Shown here piece after piece: positions 22,491 to 32,986 of a stretch of DNA of 64,000 nt. A model generated the notes under the pieces. That model saw only the letters and a list, made by a program, of their open reading frames with translations, searched no databases and was not told the origin of the DNA. Source of the DNA: Azolla caroliniana (taxonomy: Eukaryota > Plantae > Polypodiophyta); the NCBI GenBank assembly GCA_043228905.1, contig JBHGNT010000017.1, forward strand, positions 1,984,001 to 2,048,000. Direction: 5' to 3'. Numbering within the stretch: the first letter of the stretch is position 1; the number at the start of each line of letters is the position of its first letter. The translations under genes and the position numbers were made by a program.

Positions 22491-23382
22491 TGTCGTGCCT
22501 TACGGCTCCGGATCGTTGCGTGAGTCGGGTGGGAACCGCTGGGGTTTTGGACTAGGAGGAAAGAAAATTCTAAGGCAATTAAGAATATGAAATATATTGT
22601 AAGAAAGGAAGATATGAAAAACTCGTGAATCCCACGAGTATAGAGTATTAGTGAGTACTCAAATTAAGAGAGAAAAATAGTTAGCAAACTCGTGGATCCC
22701 ACGATTATATTTTATTAATCAACCCTTGTAAAATAATCAACAACTCTATATATCTTTTTCTCTTCCTTATATAGTGTTGGAAGAGTCTAATTTTATCACA
22801 TGCAAGCATCATGCTTTTCCTATTTTTAGTTTTCATGCACATTGCATGTGCATGATTAGCTTTCTATCTCATCTTTTCTTTTAACTCGAGTGTCTATGCA
22901 TGAATAACTTTTTGTACCATGCATGTCTAGAAATTTTACATGGGATAAAGTTTAGTATAACTTTAAAATTCATAATACGCTAGTATAATGATAAGGCTTT
23001 ACATTATTAACATGGAGGTGCAAGGTTCGATTCTTGCCCTATGCATGTAATATATAATTTTATACTTTCTTCTATTTACAAATATGTCTCTTCATCTGGT
23101 GAGGGACTCTCACTGGCCTTCTTTATCCGGCTCTTGCCGGTTCTGCTTCATCCGGTTCTCGCCGGTTTTCTTTATCCGGTTCTTACCGAATCCTTCTTAC
23201 CGGTCCTCTTCGTCCATTTCTCACCAACTCTCACCGGCCTTCTTCATCCGGCTCTTGTCAGTCTCCTTACCGGTTTCAGTCCTCACCGGTTCTTCCTTCC
23301 GGTTCTCACTGGGTACTCCATATCCTATTCGGAGAAACCAAAAATGTAATTTTTCACGTAGTGTGCGAATTACACTACGACA
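22491..23382 (-). mobile_element. Solo LTR (TGTCGT clade, divergent family) inserted in a copia LTR
   Basis: TGTCGTG...TACGACA with TSD ACGT; empty sites at 32039-32042 and 42757-42760. Orientation inferred from a U5 motif shared with the other clade LTRs. Confidence 0.88.
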
Positions 23383-23612
23383 ACGTAACCATATAATTAG
23401 TCTCTAATTAACCCTAGTTAATTACCTAATTACTTAACATGGTATCAGAGCGCGTGGTTTAGGAAATCCACTAAGCCCACCACTTATTCGTGATTGTGTG
23501 TTCGAGACGTCGACGACAAATCTCGGCTATTCGCTATCCGCTACCGTAGTGCTACGAAGGACGTGTACGTGACCAAGAGAAGAAAAACAAAACGGAAGAC
23601 ACAACAATTAAC

Positions 23613-26275
23613 ATGAACACACAAATGGGAAGCTCACTCCCTAGCGAAATGCTAGACCAAAGCAACTATTCATCTTGGGAGTACAAGATGAATCAATACC
23701 TCGTCGGCCAAGGGTATTGGAACTACATCAATGGCGCACAAGAAAACAAACCCGAAATCACACACGCCAACTACCCAACGTGGGAGCAAGGCGCGAGTCG
23801 GGTAATGTATTGCTTGGCAACATGTGTAAACGACCACATGCTTAGCCACATTTGTGACGCCAAGACGCCCAAAGAGGCGTGGAAAAATCTCAAGAAGATT
23901 TTCGCCGCAGACACATCCGCGTGCAAGCTTCAACTCCGGCAAGAGTTGAACAACATGCGACAAAAAGAAATGTCTGTGACGGAGTACACCGCCAAGATCA
24001 AGAGCATTTGTGACTCGCTTGGCTCCATCAACGTCAACATCGATGAAGACGAGATGGTGCAAGTATGCTTGGGCGGCCTCACACAACGATTCAACCCATT
24101 GAGAACGGCAATCTTGGCGAGAGATACCCCTCCCTCGTTCTTCACCCTCCAATCAATGTTATTGGTCGAAGAAAACCACGTTCAATCAAAGACCAACACA
24201 TCAGAAGGACAAATGCTCTTCTCCGATATGGATGGTGCCCATAGACGAGGTCGAAGCGGAAGAGGTCAATTCGACCTATCCCACAAAGGGAATTCACAAT
24301 TTCGGCAAAGAAACGGAAGCCATCGAGGAACATTCACAAGAAGGGGGAGCTTCCACGCCGAACAAGGTCAGCGAACGATGCCACCTACGTGCAACTATTG
24401 TGTAAAAATCGGCCATCGCGAAGAGGAGTGCCGAAAAAGATGAAGCCAGTCGACTTCAACAAGCCGGCAACTCACGAATTACGTCGCAAACGCAAAATAC
24501 GCAGACTACGACGGACTCTTCGTGATGAGGCATAGAGCGAACTCTATGATGGCCTCCGATCCCGCAAACTCCGCAAGCACCTCCAACTCTGAACACTCGT
24601 GGTTCGTAGACTCCGGCGCCTCGCACCACATGATGTCGCACCAAGAGCGAACGCCGGATCGACCCGGCTACATAGAGACCGAAGACGACACTCTGCATCC
24701 CATTCGGCACATTGGTGATGTCCCATTCGGGAAAGAAGGCGAGCAAACCTACATCAAGAATGTCTTGCACGTGCCCACAATAACAAAGAATTTGGTCTTG
24801 GTCGGCCAAATCGTGGAGCAAGGCATGCAAGTCCGCTTCAACAAAGAAGGTTGATTCATCGAGAAAGACGACCGACTCATAGCCAAGGGACGGAGAGACG
24901 GTCGCTTGTTCATCCTCGACTCAAACGAGGTAAAATCAGCCATGTACGCCAAAGGTCTCAAGACCGAGTTGTGGCACAAGTGAATCGGCCACATAAACCT
25001 CCAACGGCTTCGCGGAATGCAATCAAAGGGAGTCGTAATCGGACTTCTGGCCTTCGAATCGAAACGAGTCGACCGAGTGTGCGAAGCATGCCAACTCGGC
25101 AAACAATATCGACTCCCATTCCCAAAGGAGAGCTTCGCAAGCAAAGGCTTCCTTGACATAATCCACTCGGACGTATGGGGACCGGCTCAAACGCAGACGC
25201 TTGGCGGATGCCGCTACTACATCACCTTCATCGACGACCACTCGCGCTACGCGTGGATATACCCGATGAAGAAGAAGAGTGAAGTGCTCTCCCACTTTCA
25301 AAGGCTCAAAAGTCAAGTGGAGAAAGAAACCGGTCGGCACATTTGATGCCTACGATCGGATGGAGGAAAGGAGTACTTCTCCGACAAGTTCACCTTCTAC
25401 CTCCAAGGTGAAGGCATTCGTAGAGAATTCTCATGCCGATACAGTCCCCAACAAAATGGAGTCGCCGAAAGGAAGAATCGGCAAATACTCAAGGTAGCAC
25501 GCGCCATGATGCATGAGAAGCACATGCCGAACTTCTATTGGGCGGAAGTGGCATCCACGGCCGTTTCTCTCATGAATCGATGAACCACAAATAGTGTGCA
25601 CGAGCTTACCCCATCCGAGATCTTCGTTGGAAGAAAGCCCATCCACTCGCACCTCAAGGTGTTCGGAAGCATTGTGAATGTACGCATCCCGAACGAAAGT
25701 CGAGAGAAGCCCGACGCGAAGTCGGAAGAATGTATCCTCATAGGATACTTGTCCTCGAAAAAGGCGTACAAGTGCTTCAACCCTTCGACCCGAGCGGTGC
25801 GGATAACTTGCGACGTCGTTTTCGACGAATCAGCATCTTGGTATAAGCCCGATGCGACTCCATCCGACCCAATCGAGGAAGAGTTGAATGCCAACACGGA
25901 TGATGAAACTCGGCCAAGCCCTCCACCGAAGGACAATCCAAGCTCTACTGAGCTAATTGGCCCACAAGAGCCTCCACGTGATGAAAACACGTTGCGGCCA
26001 AGTTCGACATCGGACAAAGGCAAAGGTAAGATGCTCGAATACGAAGTCAAGGTCCACCCCAACGACCGTGATTCGGATGATTCGGCTCGCTCACTAGACA
26101 GTGAGTTCAGTGTACCCATCATGAGGACACCCGGAGTAAAGAAGGCGCTCACATCGACAAACGAGAAACTCCGCCACTCATCACGAGCGAAGACCCAAGT
26201 CACTCGTTACGCCTACAACGAGTATATGGCCCATCACTATGCCCTCGCAATGAAGGTAGTCGCCAAACAAGAGCC
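23613..26275 (+). pseudogene. copia gag, protease and integrase with premature stops
   Basis: LDQSNYSSW; CNYCVKIGHREEEC; WFVDSGASHHM; CEACQLGKQ; IHSDVWGP; PQQNGVAERKN-like segment; KSEECILIGY. Confidence 0.88.
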
Positions 26276-26432
26276 CAAGGATCCAAGCCTTCGTCACAAG
26301 CTTGAGGGGAAGAATAAGCCGCAGAGAGCCGCGCAACGAAGCCTCGAAGAGCCACGCCACGAAGCCGTGGAGAGTTGCGCAATGAAGCCGCGAAGAGCTG
26401 TGCAACAAAGCTGCGGAGAGCCGCGAAGACGT

Positions 26433-29400
26433 TGTCGTGAAGATTTCGGGCCATAGTGAGAAACTGGGGGATATCAGAAGAATCGACGGAGTGCACCATG
26501 TGCACTTACCCTTGTAAAACGTGTGAATAGTAGGATTCAAGTCGAGACAGAGAATCCCATGTAAGTTGGGATTTATCCCACATTGTAACGCATCTCTCTC
26601 TTTGTTCTATAAAATGAAGGGATAGTCCCTTGTAGAGGGGTTGCCCATTTTGAGTTAGGAGGGTATACCATTTAGGGTTTGGTAGAGTTCTTCCTCTTCA
26701 TCTTATTCTTGTTCCCTTAGGGTTTGTACTTGGGTCTTCGCCCTATTTCGTTTAGGGTTTCATCCTCTCTTCTCCTTCTTCTGCCCCTCCGTGTTTGTTT
26801 AGGGTTTTGGCCCAGTGAAGAGCTTGTATGTTCTGTGGGGGTGGGTTTACTTCTACTCGGCCTCTTGTGCAAGACCCCGCTCGGCGCGACGAGCCCGAGA
26901 GCTCCGCCAACGGCGGCTTGGTGGCAGACTGTTGTTGTAACGTAACCTACCTTGGTCCGGCTCGAAGCCGGGGTTGTATCTTCCCCTTAATATATATATA
27001 TATTCATGTCTGATTGTGCATAATGGTGTCTCTGATGGTGTCGGGCGCATAGCTCCCCTCCTTTGTTTCCTGTACATAAGAATCGGTGTTGCGCACACAC
27101 TCTCCCTCTCCTTTGTCTCTCTCTCTCCTCTCGTGTTCGGTTGCAACCGGGTTGTGTCTGGTGTCGGTTTTCTTGGCCTCCCTCTTCTCCCTCATTTGAG
27201 ACCCTTGTGATCCCGCCCCTTCTACACGCACGCGCATAATAACGCGACATATTTGGTGAACCCGACGTGAAGGGCGGCACGGGAGAATGGAGGTGGAGGA
27301 AGACGACTTCGCGCAACTTTTTGTCGAAGCGGTGAGGGAGTTTGGACGAGCAACAACAAGAGGAGAGACAGCGCAGCAAGTGGTTGAGCGAGTGGTCGAA
27401 AGAGTCGGTCGTTTCAATGGGGACAAAGTCCCATTCTACTTGGAAGCCTACAACACGGAAATGGAGGAGCGAGACGTAGACGAGGCGTTGAGGTTGGAGT
27501 TCTTCTGCTGGGTAGTAGTCGTCTGTATGCACGCGGAAGTGAAGGAGCTCCGAGAAGCTCATAGTTCGTGGGAGGCCTTCGAAGAGGCGTTCCTACAGGC
27601 ATATGGGGGACGGCGGAAGAGCCAGGGACGACGCGACTTCGACCAGTGGTTTGCATCGGTGAAGACCCACCAGGGCGCAACGAAGGCGTTCCGAGAGTTC
27701 GAGCGACGGCTTGCTCGGCTCCCGGAGCAGGAACAAGGTTTGGTGGGGGCGGACAAAGTCTTGTTGTTCGTTAAGTCGATCAACCAAGCGGAATGGGAGG
27801 CCATCGGGGTTCAGCTCAAAGACGAGGATGGAGCGAATGGCCTTACCGAGGACTGGTCGAAGGTCGGAAGGGTATGCCAACGGCTAGATGATGAGCGAGC
27901 CGAAACGTCTAGGAGGAAGGTGCGCGACGGCGCGCCATCACAGCAGGAAGAGGCCGAACGACAAAGAGAGTCGGCAAGGCTTGGCTTCGCGGCCAGGATT
28001 GCAGAGGCGTACACAGCTCACGAGGCAATGCTCGAGGAAGAGGGAAGATCGAGGCCGCAAGCCGGCGCCGAGGAGACGAACTTGCCCCACGAGAAGGCAG
28101 AAGATCAGTACCACAGTACCAGGCGAGAGGGTGCGAAACAAAACACCCTCTCGACTTGTGGAGATAGAACGGCCGAGGACAAGGTCGAGATACCGATCGC
28201 AGAATCGGAACATTGGGACCGGCGGTTTCGGGCGCGTCAACCCGAGGCTCCGGACATTGGAGAAGCAAGCCTAGGCGAGGCTTGCGTGATCGGTAAGAAG
28301 ACGACCACCGAACAGGAGGAGCCGGTGGCTACGGACAAGGGCGTAAATAGGACGGGCGATTCTACGCGTCTTCCCACACTTGCTCCTGAGACGATGGCAG
28401 TCGGGCCCGAGTGCCCACGTGAGTCCCAAGAGGAGGAAGGTGGCGGTGAGAGACCGAGAATCACCGGCGAGACGATACGGGGAAGGAACGGACAAGAGCC
28501 CTCGGGACCGATTCCGGAGAACTCGGCATTCGGGCCCTTACGCCCATGTGAGACCGAAGAGATGGATGACGGTATCGAGGAGTCCTGGCATGATGCCAAC
28601 GAAGAAGGATGGGAGGTGGCCCGCGAGAAGGTCGACCAAGAAACGACCCGACCGGGGACCGAACAACGCGACACTCTGATTCAGTTGGAGCGCGATCCGG
28701 TCGTGGATTCTCCGACCGGGGCCAGAATCGGCATGAGGGTGCCGATACGAGAGAGGGTGCGGAACGAGCCGCCCTCTTTTACATGGGGAGAAAGACCAAT
28801 CGGGCAAAGGTCGGGAATTGGGAAGGAGATGATCGAGGGTACAAAACGAGTTTGGCAGGATCGGCATCGGAGTTCTAACTCCGGACATTAGAGAATCAAG
28901 CCCATGCGGGGTTTGATCGATCATAGAGCGGATGTTATCCACCAACACCACTAAAAGGGTCGGTGGCCCTGGATGAGTCGGCGGGAGTCGTTACGAAATC
29001 GGTGTCCCCACATCTTGACCGGAGACTTTGGCAGTTCAGTCGGCGTGGCAACGTGAGACCGAAAGAGATGGAAGATGGAGGCGGGAACGCAACAAGGAGA
29101 GTGACAACGAGTTCGGGAGAAGTACAAAGGACGGATGCGGAGAACGAAGACCGGTCCTATGGGTCACCTCACACCGGATCTAGAGACTTCGGTGGTCAGC
29201 ATCGGATCTGACGTAAGACCAAGATACTAACAGTGGTGGCAAGAGAACAGGACCCGGCAATCCAGAGAATGACAGACAAACCCAGATGAGAACCGAGCGG
29301 AGCGGACTTCTGGATAACCATTCCGGAAGGGAGGAAGAGAGCAGGCCTACGAAGAGGCCGGGAACACGGTACGTCGGTACCACGGGAGAGGGTGTGGAGC

Positions 29401-31539
29401 GAGCCACCCTCTCGACATGTGGAGAGAGACGACCCGGGATAAGGGTCTGAGATATGAAGAGCCCGAGGAGGATCCTTCACACCGGTTCTAGAGACTTCGG
29501 CGGTCGGCGTCGAATCCGACGTAAGACCAAGATACTAACGGTGGCGGCGAGGGGATGAAGGCAACCGAAGGAGGAAAGGGCGGTCTATGGAGATCCTCAC
29601 ACCGATCCGGCGATCGGCTCGAGTGCCGACGTGAGTCCTATAGGAGAGATCGGTGGCGGCAGGTGAACGTGACCAGTTGATGAGGCCGACGCGGAGGTCG
29701 GGGAAAACGGCGAGCGGTGTTGCCACGACCTTAGCCACCGGTTCTAGACACTCCGGCAGCCAGCAACGAGAGCCGGCGTGAGACCTAGAGATGGAAGAAT
29801 GGTGGTGGCGGCAAGGCGGGCAACCGAGACTGCAAACGGGGAAGGTCCCACGAAGATCCTCACACCGATCCGGCGGTTGGCCCGTGTGCCCACGTGAGTC
29901 CTATAGGAGAGATCGATGGTGGCAGGAGAACGTGATCGGACGACGAAAAATAGAGCGAAAGGAGGTATAAGGCCGGTGAGGCGGCCACGAACCGGATACG
30001 GACCCAACCGGCAGAGTCCGCAAGACAAAGATCAGATGCGTTTGGTACGAGAGTCGGTGACCCAACAAAACGGAGGCTTGAGAACGATCCTTCACACCTG
30101 CCGAAGACCCCGGCTGTTCGGCCAACGTGGCAACGTGCCACCAAGGGTAATGGAAGGTGGCGGCAAGGGGACAAGGGCGGCAACAGTAGAGGCATCGACC
30201 AGCCAAGGCCTTACGTGGAAGGAGGCCATGCGGGCCAGGACACGGCAAGGGTGATCTCCCGGTGAGCTGCCATGGGCACCCGGTTAAGGAGCAGTGTGTT
30301 GAGCCAAAAAGGGGCACACCCGGAAGCGGAACGGAAGACGTGCGTGTGGCCGTCCAGGGCCAAAGCGAAGCACGAGTACGGGACGACGTTCGGCACAGGC
30401 AGTGCCGAACAAGGAAAGGAGAAGGTGCGGCACACGGAGGTGCTAGAACGAGAACACGGGCATGCGGTCGAAAGAAGGACCAACAACGAGGCCTGCGTAC
30501 TACGAGATCGCGGTGGACGACCTATGTCGAACGAGCCTACGAAGAGGCAAGCGCGAAGGATAAACCGGAGCAGACGGTTCAAACCAGCAACGGTCGACGC
30601 GGCGAGCCGGGATGCAGGTCACGGAGGACCGGTTTCTGACCGGCCCAAATCTTTCACCTTTCGCCAGACTCAGCACGTACCGATGGACGTGCGGTTTGGT
30701 GGGGGCGGATGTCGTGAAGATTCCGGGCCATAGTGAGAAACCGGGGGATATCAGAAGAATCGGCAGAGTGCACCATGTGCACTTACCCTTGTAAAACGTG
30801 TGAATAGTAGGATTCAAGTCGAGACAAAGAATCCCATGTAAGTTGGGATTTATCCCACATTGTAACGCATCCCTCTCCTTGTTCTATAAAACAAAGGGAT
30901 GGTCCCTTGTAGAGGGGTTGCCCATTTTGAGTTAGGAGGGTATACCACTTAGGTCTAAGGTTTGGTAGAGTTCTTCCTCTTCATCTTATTCTTGTTCCCT
31001 TAGGGTTTGTACTTGGGTCTTCGCCCTATTTCGTTTAGGGTTTCATCCTCTCTTCTCCTTCTTTTGCCCCTCCATGTTTGTTTAGGGTTTTGGCCCAATG
31101 AAGAGCTTGTATGTTCTGTGGGGGTTTACTTCTACTCGGCCTCTTGTGCAAGACCCCGCTCGGTGCGACGAGCCCGAGAGCTCCCCCGACGGCGGCTTGA
31201 TGGCAGACTGTTGTTGTAACGTAACCTACCTTGGTCTGGCTCGAAGCCGGGGTTGTATCTTCCCCTTAATATATATATATATATATATATTCGTGTCTGT
31301 TTGTGCATAATGGTGTCTCTGATGGTGTCGAGTGCATAGCTCCCCTCCGTTGTTTCCTATACATAAGAGTCGGTGTTGCACGCACACTCTCCCTCTCCTT
31401 TGTCTCTCTCTCTCTCCCTCTCGTGTTCGGTTGCAACCGGGTTGTGTCCGGTGTCAGTTTTCTTGGCCTCCCTCTTCTCCCTCATCCGAGACCCCTGTGG
31501 TCCCGCCCCTTCTACACGCACACGCGTAATAACACGACA
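26433..31539 (+). mobile_element. Complete non-autonomous gag-only LTR element (TR-GAG-like) of the TGTCGT clade
   Basis: 5' LTR 26433-27249, PBS TGGTGAACCCGACGTGA 27254-27270 (complementary to the plant tRNA-Trp 3' end), gag-like ORF, repeat-rich non-coding region, PPT, 3' LTR 30710-31539. Flanks are ACGT / ACAC. Confidence 0.9.
27287..28891 (+). CDS. Gag-like protein (534 aa) with a long acidic, low-complexity C-terminal extension
   Basis: The first ~200 aa align by eye to gag of 20189-40243 (VGRFNGDKV / AGRFGGKNI; DKVLLFVK / DKVLLFLK; NGLTEDW / NGLVADW). ATG lies just after the PBS. No CCHC or protease motif. Confidence 0.75.
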   Translation: MEVEEDDFAQLFVEAVREFGRATTRGETAQQVVERVVERVGRFNGDKVPFYLEAYNTEMEERDVDEALRLEFFCWVVVVCMHAEVKELREAHSSWEAFEEAFLQAYGGRRKSQGRRDFDQWFASVKTHQGATKAFREFERRLARLPEQEQGLVGADKVLLFVKSINQAEWEAIGVQLKDEDGANGLTEDWSKVGRVCQRLDDERAETSRRKVRDGAPSQQEEAERQRESARLGFAARIAEAYTAHEAMLEEEGRSRPQAGAEETNLPHEKAEDQYHSTRREGAKQNTLSTCGDRTAEDKVEIPIAESEHWDRRFRARQPEAPDIGEASLGEACVIGKKTTTEQEEPVATDKGVNRTGDSTRLPTLAPETMAVGPECPRESQEEEGGGERPRITGETIRGRNGQEPSGPIPENSAFGPLRPCETEEMDDGIEESWHDANEEGWEVAREKVDQETTRPGTEQRDTLIQLERDPVVDSPTGARIGMRVPIRERVRNEPPSFTWGERPIGQRSGIGKEMIEGTKRVWQDRHRSSNSGH

Positions 31540-32100
31540 ACACGAAGAAAGTCGCGCAACACCGCGAAGAAAGCCACAAGCCGCACCGATGTCGACGAAG
31601 CCGAAGGAAGCTAAATCGGACGTTGGACGCCTCACACTTGAGCTTGAGGGGGCATGTTGAGATATCAAGCTCAACTAGTTTAATCTAGTTAGACAACACA
31701 TGTAACTTAGTAGTTACCTAGATCGAATCTAGTTAATGTGTTGACCTTAAGCCTTTAAATAGGACCTTGTACTTAAGTGGGATATTCTAGATCCTCCACT
31801 CCTTAGTACATTTAATGTAGGACTTACACATAAGTACCTATGTTCTACCCACACATGTGCACCTTTGCACATGGGTTGTATATATACCTCATTGTGGGTA
31901 TTTTTGTATGTTGATGACACTTTTCAATATAGTCAATCATCCCCCATTTATCTTCGTGTTCATAAGTGTAACTTCCTCTCTCTCTCTCTTCCTCTCACAC
32001 ACTCTCACGTGCATATCATACTAATCTTCCGCTGCTTAACGTAACCATATAATTAGTCTCTAATTAACCCTAGTTAATTACCTAATTACTTAACAGGTAG

Positions 32101-32949
32101 TAATCGTGGCCAATTCCCCATCTTGTCGTCGCAAGCCTTTGCTAGAGCTTTTACAATCGGACTATGTCCTCGTTCCACCTTCCCATTTGCGTCCGGGTTG
32201 TATGCCATGGTGAGCGATAGTTCGACGCCTATTCTTGAAAAGAATTCTTTAGCTTCATTCACATCTAATTCTCCCCTATCAACTACTATTTTGCCAACAC
32301 ATCCGTATCGACAAATAACATCTTCAAGGAGAAACTTACAAACTGCCGAAGTTGTTTTATTCCTTAGCGCTCATCCTTCTACTTGGTTGGTGAGATCCTC
32401 TCTTGCTAGCACGAGATACTTCATTTGCCCCAATCCCATCGGCATAACCACTATGTCTACCAACCACTTATAGTGCATTGATAATGGATATGTCGGATGA
32501 AGTTCATCCCTATGTTGAATATTCGAGTATAATTGGCATTGTTCACATGTTTCAACATAGCTTGCTACATCTTTGTAAACACCCGGCCACCAATACTTCT
32601 CCTTGAGCTTTGCAAATGTTGCCCATATACCTCAATGACCTGCCCACACACTATCATGAAATTCAGCAATTAGTGTTTGACAGGAACTACACGCTCTCTA
32701 TGTGCAATGCTCGGCCACAACCGAGCTTAGAATCATACACAGAAAACGGGAATGAATACACGCGACACAAAGGAGAGAAGAGTACACAGGATGTTTACGT
32801 GGAAAGCCCAAACTAGGGAAAAACCACGACAGCCCATAGACTGCAAACTATCACTATATCAGAATGTACAATAGTAGAGCATTGAGGCAACGACCTCGAG
32901 CTTGCTATCTTCACCACAGGCGGCGGTTACAACAGAGGCAACGACCTCT

Positions 32950-32986
<37 letters not shown>

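Larger units (their letters stand above)
22091..32095 (+). mobile_element. Ty1/copia deletion derivative (gag-PR-IN present, RT/RH absent)
   Basis: 5' LTR 22091-23439 (interrupted), PBS TGGTATCAGAGC 23440-23451, PPT GAGGGGGCA 31646-31654, 3' LTR 31655-32095, 5-bp TSD GGTAG. No YVDD or KSLYGLKQ motifs are found. Confidence 0.92.
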
